DNA of 64,000 nucleotides. Origin: Octopus vulgaris. Lineage: Eukaryota. Position 1 is the stretch's first letter. The number at the start of each line of letters is the position of its first letter. The DNA is taken from the NCBI GenBank assembly GCA_951406725.2, contig OX597815.1, positions 141,112,001 through 141,176,000 on the forward strand, in the 5' to 3' direction. The translations under genes and the position numbers were made by a program. Below are positions 40,971-52,263 of this stretch, in pieces. Below the pieces are notes generated by a model. That model worked only from the letters and a program-made list of their open reading frames with translations, was not told the origin of the DNA and made no database searches.

Positions 40971-41478
40971 CACCATAGTATTGATATTACTGCACTTGTT
41001 AATCACTATCATTATAAGAGTTATCATGATTGGCAGTAGTCGAGGTGGTGGTGGTGGCAGCGATGGTGATGGTGCTAGTAGCCTTTAAATCAAAAGTTGA
41101 CTCAAGAATCAAAGACATACCAATCAATGACAATCTGGAACTTTTCAAAGAGGTACTTGACTGCAGTAAACATTATCTAAATATACAATATTTTATTGCT
41201 GGAATATCATTACTTGAAAGTTCGTTACTTACTATTCATAACATATAACATGGAATATGTAATATCACGACTCATCGTATGAATCAATGCTGGTTGTTAT
41301 CGGCGTAGTTTATCATCATGTCAAGCCTTATTAAGCAGGTATCGAATTAAAATTCTTCTAGCCATGGTCATTCCGTATTTTAGAGATAAGTCGACCCTAC
41401 GTCATCGAATGTGCCTTTTCCTCTACCATGAAAGTAAAATATTAAGTGAAGGTGATCTGACCCCTTTTTTTAAACAAG

Positions 41479-41656
41479 ATAATTGACAGCAGTTGTAAAT
41501 ACACCTGACTCTGTTTGAAAATTAGTCGTAAGGTTGTTCTTTTTTTATCTAATCTTAGAGATTTTGTATCGGAAGATAACATATTCGTACAGTTCATGAA
41601 TAGCGCATATCTAAAGAAATTTCTGCTACAAATTTTGCGTTGCATCTGTTGATCTT
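41479..41656 (+). repeat. ~180-bp direct repeat, copy 1 (copy 2 at 48888-49094)
   Basis: Collinear high similarity; copy 1 lacks a 26-nt segment bounded by agt microhomology. Confidence 0.85.
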
Positions 41657-42140
41657 GGCACTGATGGTATAATGGTGGCAAGGTTTTGTTGCTTTTCTGT
41701 ATTGGGTTTTGTGCAGCTAAAAGTGTGGGCCTGTTTTCATCAGCTGCTGAGGACAGAAAGCACTTAGGTGGTTCGTCACGTGACAGATTGGAACACTTGA
41801 GAGTGCCGCACTTTTTCTTTTATTTGGCAGTTTGTTTAGGTTGGGATGGCTTTGAGTTTCCCTTGATTTTATTTGCATTAATATTTACATATCTATATAC
41901 GACCACTTTTCTAAGTGCATCTTGTGAAACAATAATTTCCTTTTGTTATCAAGCAAAGTAGCAACCACCAACAGCTGAGTATCCCTTTATCTGTCGTTAA
42001 AGATTTAATACTTTAATGCATACTGTTCTTTCTTCTATTCCATTGATAAATACATATACACACACGTATTTATATACATATGTGTGTGTGTACATACATC
42101 TCTCTCTTTCTCTCTTATATGTATATATATATATATATAT

Positions 42141-42296
42141 ACCGGAGTAAACACATAAATGTGAAACAAGGTGGAAAAAAGAGTACTCAAATACCAGTGG
42201 TAGAGTAATATGATTTATTTAAAAGCAGCAGAAAATTCAATAAAAACCTGTTACTCTGAGTTTCACGTTCCCGTTCGTCGGAAAGTTTTTGCTAAA

Positions 42297-42298
<2 letters not shown>
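42141..42298 (-). mobile_element. Family-C solo pseudo-LTR-like repeat between (TA)n and (TCTA)n
   Basis: Complex ~160-bp block within microsatellites that contains a hammerhead fold. Confidence 0.7.
42242..42290 (-). ncRNA. Type I hammerhead ribozyme, U4C core variant
   Basis: AAAAACUUU-CCGACGA-ACGggaaCGU-GAAA-CUCaGAG-UA/ACAGGUUUUU; all three stems pair, with one stem I mismatch and one bulge. Confidence 0.7.
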
Positions 42299-42376
<78 letters not shown>

Positions 42377-42392
42377 CTCTCTCTCTCTCTCT

Positions 42393-42442
<50 letters not shown>

Positions 42443-42444
42443 AT

Positions 42445-42610
42445 ACCGTATACGCTTGTAAGGAACCCTCGTGTATATAGAACCCCCTAATTTTGAGGCT
42501 TAAAATTTGGAAAAAAGGTTTTGTATGGGATTATAATACTATCCCTGTATAAGAAAATTCCATATTTTTTTAAACCTAATTTTTTGAAAAAATTGGTTTC
42601 TCATACGACA
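42445..42610. mobile_element. Possible pogo/Tigger-like MITE remnant
   Basis: Starts TACCGTA with subterminal repeated ...gaacc/cc motifs and T-rich spacers; degraded. Confidence 0.35.
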
Positions 42611-43745
42611 TATTCCAGACATACACCCGTCAAGCGGTATCTGACTATGTCTTCATCTAATATTTTCATCGAGATTAGCGAATAGTGCTATGTAGTACAG
42701 TGTTGCATTTGATGAGGGACGTCGAACTGGTGGAAGCAAAGAACATCTTCTTGACAGAAACAACAACTGTCAAAATATTTAATGTAGAAATAATAATAAA
42801 TTCAGATGACAAACCCCGAGCTATGATCGAAAACTTTGATATTAGAATATACTTCTGAAAGAATAATAATATGTACTAGCTCTACTCGTGGAAATTCCAC
42901 AGTAAATACGGAATGTTTGAGATGGCTGTAAGTTTATATGGAGTGTCAAAATGAATGACCCTTTATAAACCGTATACTCTGCATTATTTTCATTTAAAAG
43001 CACATTTCAGTCGTTCTGGATAAGGCTGTAATTGAGGTAGCACGACTTTATATTCTCTCAGCAGTTCAGAGTTTCAGTTATAAATCTAAGAGCTTCACAA
43101 TGATTGCGGTATATATTGATGTCACCAATGCTTTCAACCATATGTTTACATTTGTTTTGACGTTCCCTCACATTCTATATTCTTGAACAATTTCTCTTAT
43201 CTGTTTTAAATGCTCACTCTATACTCTTTAGTTCATATTTTTTCTTTCTACACACAGATCCGCCCATGATTGTTCAAGTGATTCGACTCCCGGCTTCTCT
43301 TTACGTCGCTGCCTATACAGTCTCATTCTTCCTATTGTTAGCTTACATCGCCTGTCATCCTTATTCTATAAACACATATCACTTTTAGCGCCAGCTGACA
43401 ATATATAATTGCACTTATATGTATGCCTTATGTGATACACACTATAAAAATGTAGTTGAATTAAAAAAGAAAACTGCTCTTTTATTATCCACTCACCACC
43501 GCCACCCCCCACAACGATCACCATGACCATCATATCAGTAACAAAGCTCAGTATAAGTTGTTTGTCAACCAAGATTATATCAACTCATTTCAGTCAGTTG
43601 TTTGTTTATATCTACTTTTCTTGTGAATACAATGTTCGAATAACAAATTTTAATAAGAATAATAACATTTTTGTTATTTTTAAAAACATTACCTCTTTTA
43701 CTCAGTCATTTTGCTTTCATTGATAAATCCATCTGTCTCTGATAA

Positions 43746-43829
<84 letters not shown>

Positions 43830-43986
43830 CATTGTCATTTACTTTTAATCTGCATGTTTGATGCAATCACCTGCCGGGGCACACCCAGCGCCCTAGGGCA
43901 AGTGAAGGTTAAGAGTTGTTGAAATATAGCTGAAAGCTTGGGGAGGGAAGTAGAGAAATATCTCCATGTAATACAAACACAAACAT

Positions 43987-44877
43987 TTACATTGATAGGG
44001 TTTTTCTAAGGATGTGGGCAGTACTTGTTAGCACAATCTTTTGGATTTCCTTGAGACATGGTTTTCCAGGGATATTGTCTAGGTGTTTCTGACATCCCTT
44101 TTTTATCATACCTAGGGCACCTACAATAACAGGAACAGTTTTTGTTTTAAGATTCCACATCCTCTGTATTTCGATTTCCAGGTCCTTATATTTACTAAGT
44201 TTGTCAAATTCCTTGACAGATACATTTTTATCAGTGGGGACGCTTACTTCTATTAGTCTGCAGGTATTTTCTTCCCTGTCTTTAACAATTATGTCTGGTC
44301 GATTAGCCTTGATCGTTCTGTCAGTGTTGACTGGAAAATCCCAGAGGATGGTGACATCTTTACCTTCAACAACTGGCTGAGGATGGTGTTCATACCAGTT
44401 AGCAGGAGTGTCGGATTTGTAGTGTTTACATATCTTCCAATGTATATACTGTCCTACTCTATCGTGGCGATTTTTGTATTCGTTTGGTGTCAGCACAGGA
44501 CATCCCGAAACGAGATGGTCTATTGTTTCGTCAAATGTGTCACAGAATCTGCATTTAGGGTCAGTACCGTTTCGGAGAACGTTAGCCTGGTAATTTCTGG
44601 TAAACAAGCTTTGATCTTGTGCTGCCATTATGAAGCCTTCAGTCTCTGCTTTCAATCCAGAACTCTTCAGCCACTGATGGGTTGATTCTGCCCATTTGAT
44701 TCTGCCCATTTGATTCTGCCCATTCTTTTTTGCAGTCTGCCTGATTCGCTTTGCTTGCTTGGTAGCAGTGGTTTCTGGCTCTTCACCTGATTCAAGGTTA
44801 ATGCCTAGTTCCCTTTCGAACTTATAGGCTTCCTTGACAATAGAATGCAGCTTTTTGCTGCTTTCGTGTTCACACAA
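43987..44877 (-). CDS. Retrotransposon ORF C-terminus: CCHC zinc knuckle plus restriction-like endonuclease
   Basis: CRFCDTFDETIDHLVSGC, RHD, RPDIIV..IEVSVP..KLSKYKDL, VPVIVGALG; continues the upstream ORF after a frameshift near 44875. Confidence 0.92.
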   Translation of the reverse strand: MCEHESSKKLHSIVKEAYKFERELGINLESGEEPETTATKQAKRIRQTAKKNGQNQMGRIKWAESTHQWLKSSGLKAETEGFIMAAQDQSLFTRNYQANVLRNGTDPKCRFCDTFDETIDHLVSGCPVLTPNEYKNRHDRVGQYIHWKICKHYKSDTPANWYEHHPQPVVEGKDVTILWDFPVNTDRTIKANRPDIIVKDREENTCRLIEVSVPTDKNVSVKEFDKLSKYKDLEIEIQRMWNLKTKTVPVIVGALGMIKKGCQKHLDNIPGKPCLKEIQKIVLTSTAHILRKTLSM

Positions 44878-47812
44878 ATCGCAGCATCCAGTCTTTTGTA
44901 CTAGATAGGTACCTGTTCATTCCTACAGTAGAGGTCTTATAGCACAGCTCCAATTGCATCATTCCTCTCCCCCCGCTGCTTCTAGGTAGGTACAAGCGGT
45001 CTACATCTGCCTTAGGGTGGTGCATGCTCCTGGATGTCAGTAACTTTCTTGTCTTCCTGTCCAAGCGTTGGAGTTCCGTAAGGTTCCAGTTAATGATGTT
45101 AAAACTGTACTGGACTACTGGAAGTGCCAGGGTGTTAATGGCCTCAATGCAATTTTTGGAGTTCAGTTCAGTCTTCAGTACAAGCCTTATTCTCCTATAG
45201 TACTCCTTTCTTATTTTTTCCTTCATAGTAGCATGATGTATACCATCTCCTTCGTTGATTCCTAGGTATTTGTAACTTTCTTGTGGGTCAAGTTCCTTGA
45301 TGGTAGTGTCAATATCTAATTTAACAGAAGCTGTTTGCCTGAGCTTGCCTCTTACAAAAGTTGCTTTAGCACACTTATCAAGGCCAAAATCCATTCCGAT
45401 ATCATTGCTAAACTCTTTAACAGTTGTTAGCAGCCCTTCTAGCTCTTGGTCATTCTTGGCAAACAGCTTTAGATCGTCCATATAAAAAAGGTGGTTTATT
45501 AACTTGCTAAAAACTTTGTACCCATATCTGGCACTATCCAATTCGTTTGAGAGTGGGATCAGTGCCATGCAAAAAAGTAATGGAGAGAGGGAGTCACCTT
45601 GAAAGATGCCTCGTTTGATGTTGATGTTGTTGGACTGGCTCATCCCATTACTATGGCTTAGAAAGAGACGTGTGTTCCACATGGTCATGCTATTCTCTAA
45701 GAATTTTGAGACGTTAGGGGAGATCTTGTATATCTCAAGGGCCTTGAGTATCCATTTATGTGGGACACTGTCATACGCTTTCCTGTAGTCTATCCATGCC
45801 ATACTTAGGTTTTTGTTTTTGCTCCGGCAATTCTCTACAATCATTCTGTTTATGAGCAATTGGTCTTTGCACCCATAAGAGTTTCTTTTACAACCTTTTT
45901 GAGCTTGTGGAAGGATAGAATTTTGTTCAAGGAAAGCGTACATTCTCTCCGTTATTATGGATGTGAGGATTTTGTAGGTGGTGTTGAGACATGTTATTGA
46001 CCGGTAATTCTTTGGGTTTTTTGTGTCTTCGGTTTTAGGTAATAGGTAGGTGGTTCCTTCAGTCAGCCAAGCAGGTATTTGCTCTGGGTTCTGAATGACA
46101 TCAGACAGAGATGCAGCGAGATGTTCGTGTACCTCTGTCAAACAATTCAGCCAGAAGTTAGGGATCCGATCCAGTCCTGGGGTTTTCCATTTATGAGCCT
46201 TCCTAAGGACACACCTTAGCTCCTCTATTCCTATTGCTTCCCATTTCTGTTCTTCAAGTTCATCCAGTCTCTCTTTCTCACGTTCTATCCAGTCAGCCTC
46301 AGCATTAAACTCTTTTTCGTTGCTCCATACCTTCTTCCAGAACTCCTCCACTTCCTCAATCTTAGGTGGATCTTCTATGTGTATTTTATTTTTGCCAATT
46401 TCCCTATAAAATTTCTTTGCATCTGTCTTAAAAAATTTATTTTGTCGATAAAATTTGTTTCTTTTGTCATACCTTCTAAGCCGTTGAGCTTTCAACTGTA
46501 TCCGTTGTTTCAACAGTTCCTTAGTTGCAGGGAGGTTTATGAGATCTTTGATTTTATATTTTTGCTTGATTTTTCTAGCTTTTCTCGGCTTAATATTCAC
46601 TCCTCTAGCAAGCTCATCGAGAACTGAAACATCCGCCCGCAGAGATTCAATCTCTTTTTGTATCGCTACTTTCCATTTAGGAGGTTCCTTGACATGCCTG
46701 GCCTTTTTCTTTGTCATCTTAATACCTAGTTGGGTAGTTACTACTTTATCAGTGGAATAAATGAGATTATTTAAGGTTGTCAAATCATTCCCCTTATTTC
46801 TTAAGATCTGTCCTAGGGCAACGTTATATGTCATGATTGTGTTGTTATTTCTTGTGCCATTTGAAAACTTTGGTAGTGGTTCTCTATTAACCATGTCAGT
46901 GAGCTCAATCTTGCCGAGTTCTCTCATAATGTCCACTTTTGCTTCCATAATTTTTTCTCTATTATTCACCTCAAATTCTATGTCATATCTATTTTGGTTT
47001 TCTTGAGGAAGGTCTACGTACTCCTCTTTTTTCAAATCGCTCGTTTTCGCTATTCTTTGTTTAACTTCCCCATTGGGAAGTTGATTTGCCGCTTGTACAC
47101 TGGCTTCTGTGCTACTGTTACCTATTTCGTCTACATTGTTGCTGTTTTCTTTTGGTCTACCATGAGCTATTAGTGTCCTAATTTTGTCAATTTCAGCGTC
47201 AGTTAGTCTTTTGTTTTTAATTATATCTCTGCGTACATTACTTAATTTATTTGCGTCTATATATCTACGTACGTCATTGCCTACTGAATTTCTCCATGAG
47301 ATGTATGTTTGTACACTGAGGTTATTGTTTGGGTTTAGTTGGGCTGTATAAAAAGCTTTCAACACATCTCTATAGTCCTCTCTGGTCCATTTTATACGTT
47401 TTGCTTTAGGTGGTATTTTTGGTGGTGTCACTACAAGTCCAGAGTTAGAAGTATTCTGGTTCTGGTCACCTGGTAGATCGTCTTTTTGAGAGTTTGTTCC
47501 AGCAGCAAACTTTTCGACCCCAGTCTGGTTCCCTACTGGGTAACGCGGTCCTTGTTGTCCCGGGCGATGACCGATCCGGCATGATTTTTGGCTTGTTTTC
47601 ATTAAATGATTGACGGCGACATCAGAGGGGTCCATTTTTTCAGAGTCAACTTTTTGACAAGACGCCGCTTCTGTGACGGTGACAGGGTCAATTTTTTGAC
47701 AAAACACCGCTTCTGAATTCTCCGAATTAATATATTGTTCATATCGAACTCGCATAAGACTTACAGATCGAAATTCGCCTCTATTTCTTTTGGTAGTCAT
47801 GTTTCCGGGCAT
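44870..47812 (-). CDS. Retrotransposon ORF, N-terminal region plus reverse transcriptase (980 aa, frameshifted at the end)
   Basis: KTPGLD, NYRSITCL, QKGC, WIDYRKAYDSVPH, GIFQGDSLSPLLF, YMDDLKLF, YKYLG, RLYLPRSSGGRG. Confidence 0.92.
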   Translation of the reverse strand: MPGNMTTKRNRGEFRSVSLMRVRYEQYINSENSEAVFCQKIDPVTVTEAASCQKVDSEKMDPSDVAVNHLMKTSQKSCRIGHRPGQQGPRYPVGNQTGVEKFAAGTNSQKDDLPGDQNQNTSNSGLVVTPPKIPPKAKRIKWTREDYRDVLKAFYTAQLNPNNNLSVQTYISWRNSVGNDVRRYIDANKLSNVRRDIIKNKRLTDAEIDKIRTLIAHGRPKENSNNVDEIGNSSTEASVQAANQLPNGEVKQRIAKTSDLKKEEYVDLPQENQNRYDIEFEVNNREKIMEAKVDIMRELGKIELTDMVNREPLPKFSNGTRNNNTIMTYNVALGQILRNKGNDLTTLNNLIYSTDKVVTTQLGIKMTKKKARHVKEPPKWKVAIQKEIESLRADVSVLDELARGVNIKPRKARKIKQKYKIKDLINLPATKELLKQRIQLKAQRLRRYDKRNKFYRQNKFFKTDAKKFYREIGKNKIHIEDPPKIEEVEEFWKKVWSNEKEFNAEADWIEREKERLDELEEQKWEAIGIEELRCVLRKAHKWKTPGLDRIPNFWLNCLTEVHEHLAASLSDVIQNPEQIPAWLTEGTTYLLPKTEDTKNPKNYRSITCLNTTYKILTSIITERMYAFLEQNSILPQAQKGCKRNSYGCKDQLLINRMIVENCRSKNKNLSMAWIDYRKAYDSVPHKWILKALEIYKISPNVSKFLENSMTMWNTRLFLSHSNGMSQSNNINIKRGIFQGDSLSPLLFCMALIPLSNELDSARYGYKVFSKLINHLFYMDDLKLFAKNDQELEGLLTTVKEFSNDIGMDFGLDKCAKATFVRGKLRQTASVKLDIDTTIKELDPQESYKYLGINEGDGIHHATMKEKIRKEYYRRIRLVLKTELNSKNCIEAINTLALPVVQYSFNIINWNLTELQRLDRKTRKLLTSRSMHHPKADVDRLYLPRSSGGRGMMQLELCYKTSTVGMNRYLSSTKDWMLRFV

Positions 47813-47969
47813 AACTGTGTAGTGACTTTCTAAATTCAGTGACCAATTTGCTCTTTTTTGCGTTTGTTCGTGAAAAATCGCTTTGTTTTTGTTTTGTTTT
47901 CGTCCGCGTAACGTGGTTTTTCTTTCTGTGTGTACGTGTGAGCGCGTGTAAGCATTATTTATGCTTTAT

Positions 47970-48065
47970 AATTAAAATGTGTACATGTATGCACAAACAG
48001 TTGCATGTACACCTTATCATTAAAATGTGTACGTGTATGCATAAACAGTTGCATGTATACTTATT
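47970..48065. repeat. Two ~48-bp tandem repeats in the putative 5' UTR of the Dong-type element
   Basis: attaaaatgtgtac.tgtatgca.aaacagttgcatgta.ac(c)ttat present twice. Confidence 0.85.
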
Positions 48066-48257
48066 TAATTGATTAATTAATTAATCAATTTATGTACTTA
48101 CTGTCTTTCAAGAGCTCTGATGTTCGCTTCTATTTCTTATGCATGTCACATGGAAATATTATGCATAAAAGAAAGAAAACCATACTATATATGGCAATAA
48201 TAGTTCGGACTTTTTAGTTACTTTGCCTTAAAAGAAAATTATTATTATTATTATTAA

Positions 48258-48314
<57 letters not shown>

Positions 48315-48339
48315 CATTATTATTATTATTATTATTATC

Positions 48340-48388
<49 letters not shown>

Positions 48389-48887
48389 CTTTTCCTGTCC
48401 ACCCATCAATGTGTTTGTCAATGTGAATAGATAGATAAATAGATCGGCAGATAGAGGATATAGAAAAAAAAAACATGAATATTAAAATGTTATCTTCTTC
48501 TTAGTCACAATAACGTATGATGTTTTCAATTTCCTTTTGCTATACACTTTATATGTCGCCCTCCATCTCCCTCTCTCTCTCTTCTTTTCTCTCTCTCTCT
48601 CTCTCTCTTTCGATATTTCTTTTTCTCTACTTTTTCCTTCAACAAAGTGTTTAACCATTCTTCACGTCGTTATCGTTTCTCTTCCTCTTTCACTTCACCT
48701 CTAAATACCCCTGACCACAAGGTATATTAATGCATCGGCTGGGAATAAAGCCATTTCTCTCTATTTCGCCTCTCGCTGTTTCTCTCTGTATCTATCTTTC
48801 CGAACAACACCCCTCTGCTAAACATTGCATTTCTAACCACCTTTCTCTATATGTCTCCCTTCAACTAACTTTTAAACCACGTCATAA

Positions 48888-49094
48888 ATAATTGACAGCA
48901 GTGGAGACTAAACTGTTGAACCAGAAGTTGTAAATACACGTGACTTTGCTTGAAAATTAGTCGGAAGGTTGTTGTTTTTTTTATCTAATCTAAGAGACTT
49001 TGTATCGGAAGATGACACATTCGTACAGTTAATGAATATAGCACATATCTAAGGAAATTTCTGCTACAAATTTCGCGTTGCATGTGTTGATCTT
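48888..49094 (+). repeat. ~200-bp direct repeat, copy 2
   Basis: Matches 41479-41656. Confidence 0.85.
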
Positions 49095-50361
49095 AAAGAC
49101 AGATGAAATTCGGCTAAGTATTTCGCCCGGCGTCCTTATGTTTCTGCCAGTTCGCTGCCTTATAGCGTATAAATATATAGAATCTATATATTAATACGCT
49201 AAGACTAAAATGTGTTAAGCTATATTATAGATGCTCATTAATAATAATAATAATAATGGTATTCTGTATAATCAAGTTCTCGAAGACTCACAGCCTAATA
49301 ACTTAAAATTGAGCCATCTTCTGAGACGTACAAAAGTGTGAGATCTGCTTCCTACAACATATTTTTAAAAAGAAAAGCAAAACAAAGTGCTATCTTTCAG
49401 AAAGTTTCTTTAACATCTGGTAATATAGAAGTGAGCGTATTCCGTTAATATCTAGACCTAAAGCGTAAACGAATATAAGAAGAGATACAATGGAAAAAAA
49501 AAATGAATAAAGGTTAAAGAAAAAACTGGTGAAATAAAAGACTTAGCTATGAATGCAGTTTATGAAAGAAGACATGCTCAGTATATTGACTTAAGACTAC
49601 CACTAAAGGAAGTAGAACAACGGACTGAAAAGACGAAATAATGCAGGTGCCGATGAGTGAAACAACGATCCGTTTGTTGAAGAGAAGGATGAAAATATTG
49701 AAACCATGATGGAAGAAATTAGAATCGAACATCCGAAAGTAATCAGAAGAAGAAATTGATAAACATCACAAAGAAATATAAACATAAAATATTCTGGTGG
49801 AAGGAGTTAGGGAAATGTTGCCATCAAAGATATTCTCAACACAATTAAGCCTAAATTATCTGATCTTAATCAGCTTATACGTTAGCCAAATCAAATTTTT
49901 CTACCAATAAAAAAATGAAGTATCCATCAGTCGCATAAAATACCTAAATGGAAAGAAATGCTATCAAAAAGTAGTAGAGGAAACATTTGGAAATTAGCAA
50001 GAGAATGGATGGAAGAAAAAGGTAAAGACAAGGAAAAGTTAAACAAGACAGAAGACATTCCAAATAGAAGAGCATCTTAATTGGAAAACACAAGTCGGAA
50101 CACAAGAATGCAAAATAAAAGAAGAAAATATTATATGAAAGAGAATCTATCTGAAAAAATGGTGTCAGTTTAGCGAGAGATACAAAGAAGTCAATAGTAG
50201 TTAATAAAGCACCGATTTAAGTGTCGGATGAGCAATTTTGAAGAGGGGGCAATTGTGGTGAAATATTAGTGTCGCATTGTTTTTATAAAATGCGTGTATG
50301 ATTTATATTGTGGGCGGATAGCACGGAGTTTAAGTCTTGTGTGTATCTTAAAGGCGATGCC

Positions 50362-50438
<77 letters not shown>

Positions 50439-50619
50439 GGTGGCTTTCCCCTCGTTATCGAGTATGGCCATTGCACGAAGCTTAATCAATGTTGTTATCG
50501 TGCAATGCCTGTGCAAGACATTTCTTTTTATAGTGTGGAAAGACTGTGCACTGAGTCAATCCCACTCAATAAGCAACAGCAGCCATAATCTAAAAAGAAG
50601 AACAAGTCAACATCATCGG

Positions 50620-50990
50620 TAATCACTGAGCCGCAGGTTTTATGTCGGAGTTATCCCGGTAACCTGAGTTACCTTCTCCTAGAAGGATGCCCTAACAAAG
50701 GCTGGGAGTCCTTCAGTCCCAATGGTTTAACCGCGCGATCGGGTATTCAGTACGATTATTTCTATGTCCCCGTGCATGATACAGCCTCAAGATATTTTTG
50801 GGATGGCCGTTGACTGTCAAGCGTTCCTCCGCCCTTTGATGGGTTTTGTTCTTCATCCCGCAGGGTGTCCAATAAATACCCTCCTCACCAAGGAAGCTTG
50901 GTGGGGTTGCCGATTTAGTCGCCGACGCCCCGACCATGCACCAGGTTGTACTGGTTACATGTTACCAGTAGCACTCGAAAGTGACTTGAC
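50620..50990 (-). mobile_element. GC-rich, hairpin-dense non-coding element, possibly an RTE-type 5' UTR or SINE
   Basis: Several short stem-loops; agcctttgttagggcatccttctaggagaagg recalls RTE 5'-UTR motifs; starts at a (TG)n/(TA)n tract. Confidence 0.45.
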
Positions 50991-50994
50991 ATAA

Positions 50995-51036
<42 letters not shown>

Positions 51037-51058
51037 ATATATATATATATATATATAT

Positions 51059-51430
51059 ACGAGCAGGACGTTTCCCACAATCCAATGGACGGTGATGAGT
51101 TGTCAAACATTTAAACCAGATTTTCTCATAAAAAACTTGTCCAACCGTCCCATAGGCCTCTCCTTTGAGAAACACTAATTTAACCAAAATTTGAGACTCT
51201 GTGCATTTTCTCGCATACACGTAGTATGGATTGCAACAGCTGATGCACTTGCGCGTACGAATGCACGTTCCCACGGCTTTATCGATCGCGTTCTCGCCTG
51301 GAATCCTTTTTGTAATTTTTCAAGATACATACCAAATTTGAGCGCAATCGCATGGAGAATGCCCGAGATCCTAGAAGAGACACATACAGACAAACAGACG
51401 GACAGAACGGTGTGTATATATAATAAAATA
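51059..51430 (-). mobile_element. Non-autonomous Helitron/HINE-like element
   Basis: Minus strand: TA-rich start, (CTGT)-like microsatellite, ctcaaatttggtatg motif, ends CTCG|T. Confidence 0.55.
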
Positions 51431-51436
51431 TAAGGT

Positions 51437-51494
<58 letters not shown>

Positions 51495-51597
51495 TGTGTG
51501 TGTCTGTCTCTTTACTTGTGTGTGTGTGTCTTTGCTTGTGTGTGCGTTTGTATGTATCTATCCATATACTACACTATACTATACAATAATATAATAT

Positions 51598-51669
<72 letters not shown>

Positions 51670-51830
51670 GAATGTATGTATCTATATTTATCTATATTTA
51701 TATGTGTGTGCATGTATGCATGTATGTATGTATATGTACAGATTGATAGTCGTATACACAAATTGAGAAGCAGAGTGATGTATTTGTCTCTCTGTCTCTC
51801 TATCTGTCCTTATTTTTGTACGTAATATAG

Positions 51831-52065
51831 TCTAGTGTTATATATATATTTGTGAAAATGGCAGACGTTGTCTCACAAGCAGTTGCGCAGGCAAAGTATT
51901 AGTAAATGTAGTTGGATTGACCTGAAAATTTGCACACCTATGTGCTGGGGAGTGTGCATGGCAAGTTTCAGATTGCTCAATTGTAAGGCGTGGCCTCTAG
52001 GGCAAAATTCCTCATCTTTAAAATGTGGCCCGAGTCGACCCGAATGAAATCGGGTTGTAACACTA

Positions 52066-52066
<1 letters not shown>
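51831..52066 (+). mobile_element. Non-autonomous Helitron
   Basis: Starts TC, internal tgaaaatttgcacac motif, 3' hairpin ACCCGA-atgaaa-TCGGGT seven nt before terminal CTAG followed by T. Confidence 0.7.
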
Positions 52067-52124
<58 letters not shown>

Positions 52125-52132
52125 TACATGCT

Positions 52133-52166
<34 letters not shown>

Positions 52167-52184
52167 CATATAGTAGTAGTAGTA

Positions 52185-52263
<79 letters not shown>

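Larger units (their letters stand above)
43832..48236 (-). mobile_element. Near full-length R4/Dong-clade RLE non-LTR retrotransposon inserted in (TAA)n
   Basis: Single long ORF split once; flanked by (TTA)n at 43748-43829 and 48239-48387; RT plus CCHC plus PD-(D/E)xK domain order. Confidence 0.93.

Noticed and set aside
47970-48065. Repeated units as a possible CRISPR-like array
   Set aside because: Two directly adjacent units, no spacers, eukaryotic TE context.
49260-50200. Purine-rich block after a short (TAA)n that may be an old retroelement
   Set aside because: No motif could be read reliably in any frame.
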